A stretch of DNA of 64,000 bases, from NCBI GenBank assembly GCA_002420005.1, contig DIHE01000147.1:36006-100005 (forward strand), read 5' to 3'. The DNA is from Holophagales bacterium UBA5704 (GTDB lineage Bacteria; Acidobacteriota; Thermoanaerobaculia; Multivoradales; UBA5704). Made by a program: the position numbers and the translations under genes. Of this stretch, positions 62,795-64,000 are shown in pieces (position 1 is the stretch's first letter; each line of letters starts with the position of its first letter). The notes under the pieces were generated by a model. That model searched no databases. It was given only the letters and a program-made list of their open reading frames with translations, and was not told the origin of the DNA.

Positions 62795-64000
62795 ATGCCC
62801 AGCTTCGAATGGAAAGGCCGCACCCGCGCCGGCAGCACCCAAGAGGGGGTCCTCCTCGCGGACAACCGCGACGCCGCCCTCTCCGTGCTGCGCCGGCAGC
62901 AGATCCAGGTCACCAACATCCGGGAGAAGGGGCGGGAGATCAAGCTGATCCCGCGGCTCGGCGGCTCGGTCAACCGCAAGCGCATCTCCATCTTCACCCG
63001 CCAGTTTTCGGTGATGCTGGACGCCGGCCTGCCCCTCGTGCAGTGCCTGGAGATCCTCGGCGGCCAGGAGGAGAACAAGACCTTCGCCGCGATCATCAAC
63101 GACGTGCGCAGCGACGTGGAGTCCGGCGCCACCATCGCCGACTCGATGCGCAAGCATCCGAAGGCGTTCGACAACCTCTACACCAACATGGTGGCGGCCG
63201 GCGAGGCCGGCGGTATCCTCGACATCATCCTGCAGCGCCTCTCGACCTACATCGAGAAGATCGTCAAGCTGAACAGCCAGGTGAAGTCGGCCCTGATCTA
63301 CCCGGTGGCGGTCATCGTCATCGCCGCCCTGGTGGTCTTCATCATCTTGTGGAAGGTCATCCCGGTGTTCGCCCAGCTTTTCGCCGGCCTCGGCGGCGAG
63401 ATGCCGCTCTTGACCCGGCTGGTCATCGGCGCCAGCAACTTCGTCGCCCGCTACTTCATCTTCGTGCTGATCGTCCTCGTCGCCGGCTTCTTCGCGATCG
63501 GCCGCTACCACCAGACCTACCGCGGCCGGCGGGTGCTGGACGGGCTGATGCTCAAGGTCCCGGTCATCGGCATGCTGCTGCGCAAGATCGCCGTGGCGCG
63601 GTTCTGCCGCACGCTGTCGACCTTGACCGCCTCGGGCGTGCCGATCCTCGACGGCCTGGAGATCACGGCGAAGACGGCCGGCAACGCGATCATCGAAGAC
63701 GCCGTGATGGCCGTGCGCAAGAGCGTCGAGGAAGGCCGGACGGTCAGCGAGCCGCTCGCCGAAACCAAAGTGTTTCCGGCCATGGTGGTGCAGATGATCA
63801 ACGTCGGTGAGCAGACCGGCGCCCTCGATCAGATGCTGTCGAAGATCGCCGACTTCTATGAAGAGGAGGTCGATACCGCGGTGGCCGGCCTCATGAAGCT
63901 GATCGAGCCGTTGATGATCTCCATCCTGGGCGTGGTCATCGGCACGATCGTGGCCGCCATGTACCTCCCCCTGTACTCGATCCTCACCAAGATCGGGTAG
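62795..64000 (+). CDS. pilC: Type IV pilus inner-membrane platform protein PilC (GspF family)
   Basis: Two GspF repeats, conserved motifs LDAGLPLVQCLEIL and TGALDQMLSKIADFYEEEVD; complete with TAG at 63998-64000. Confidence 0.92.
   Translation: MPSFEWKGRTRAGSTQEGVLLADNRDAALSVLRRQQIQVTNIREKGREIKLIPRLGGSVNRKRISIFTRQFSVMLDAGLPLVQCLEILGGQEENKTFAAIINDVRSDVESGATIADSMRKHPKAFDNLYTNMVAAGEAGGILDIILQRLSTYIEKIVKLNSQVKSALIYPVAVIVIAALVVFIILWKVIPVFAQLFAGLGGEMPLLTRLVIGASNFVARYFIFVLIVLVAGFFAIGRYHQTYRGRRVLDGLMLKVPVIGMLLRKIAVARFCRTLSTLTASGVPILDGLEITAKTAGNAIIEDAVMAVRKSVEEGRTVSEPLAETKVFPAMVVQMINVGEQTGALDQMLSKIADFYEEEVDTAVAGLMKLIEPLMISILGVVIGTIVAAMYLPLYSILTKIG

Overview
High-GC (about 70%) Gram-negative chromosomal segment, densely coded and mostly in operons with 4-nt start/stop overlaps. 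TonB-dependent receptor, NrfHA, HpnN-like MMPL, PilT/PilC and a CIRCE-groESL suggest a Myxococcota/Acidobacteriota-like organism. No tRNA, rRNA, CRISPR or transposase was recognised by eye.

The most notable content is an apparently uncharacterised YcaO-type RiPP operon at about 12.4-19.6 kb. It encodes a 47-aa Cys-free, His/Asn-rich precursor, followed by a stem-loop attenuator and an E1-like partner. These are followed by an NADPH-dependent FMN reductase, an S15 (CocE/NonD) peptidase, a YcaO, a SagB-type dehydrogenase and a second paralogous YcaO. The operon is transcribed divergently from a COG0523 zinc-metallochaperone GTPase. Immediately downstream lies a lower-GC island carrying a lipoprotein, a polytopic membrane protein and a yefM-yoeB toxin-antitoxin pair.

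Remaining content, left to right:
- a fragment of a surface-polysaccharide locus (cytidylyltransferase, GT-B-like protein, PHP-GT fusion);
- ppx and a PhoB/PhoR-like two-component pair with a TGTGGAAA repeat operator;
- a secreted BNR-repeat beta-propeller protein;
- a Crp-family regulator;
- a TonB-dependent receptor followed by an Fe-siderophore-type ABC importer (SBP, FecCD, ATPase) and a MacB-like FtsX permease;
- a secreted HExxH metalloprotease with a co-transcribed secreted partner;
- an HpnN-like MMPL transporter and pgsA;
- groES-groEL with a CIRCE operator;
- two STAS paralogues;
- nrfH-nrfA (all-CXXCH pentahaem) and a DsbA-like lipoprotein;
- holB and tmk;
- a SWIB protein, TerC, orphan pntAA, ggt, and a 4-fold-beta-flower protein;
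- addB-addA;
- an MsbA-like ABC exporter;
- pilT and pilC.

Coordinates derived from the ORF track by frame arithmetic are reliable; coordinates of hairpins and motifs are good to about 2 nt.
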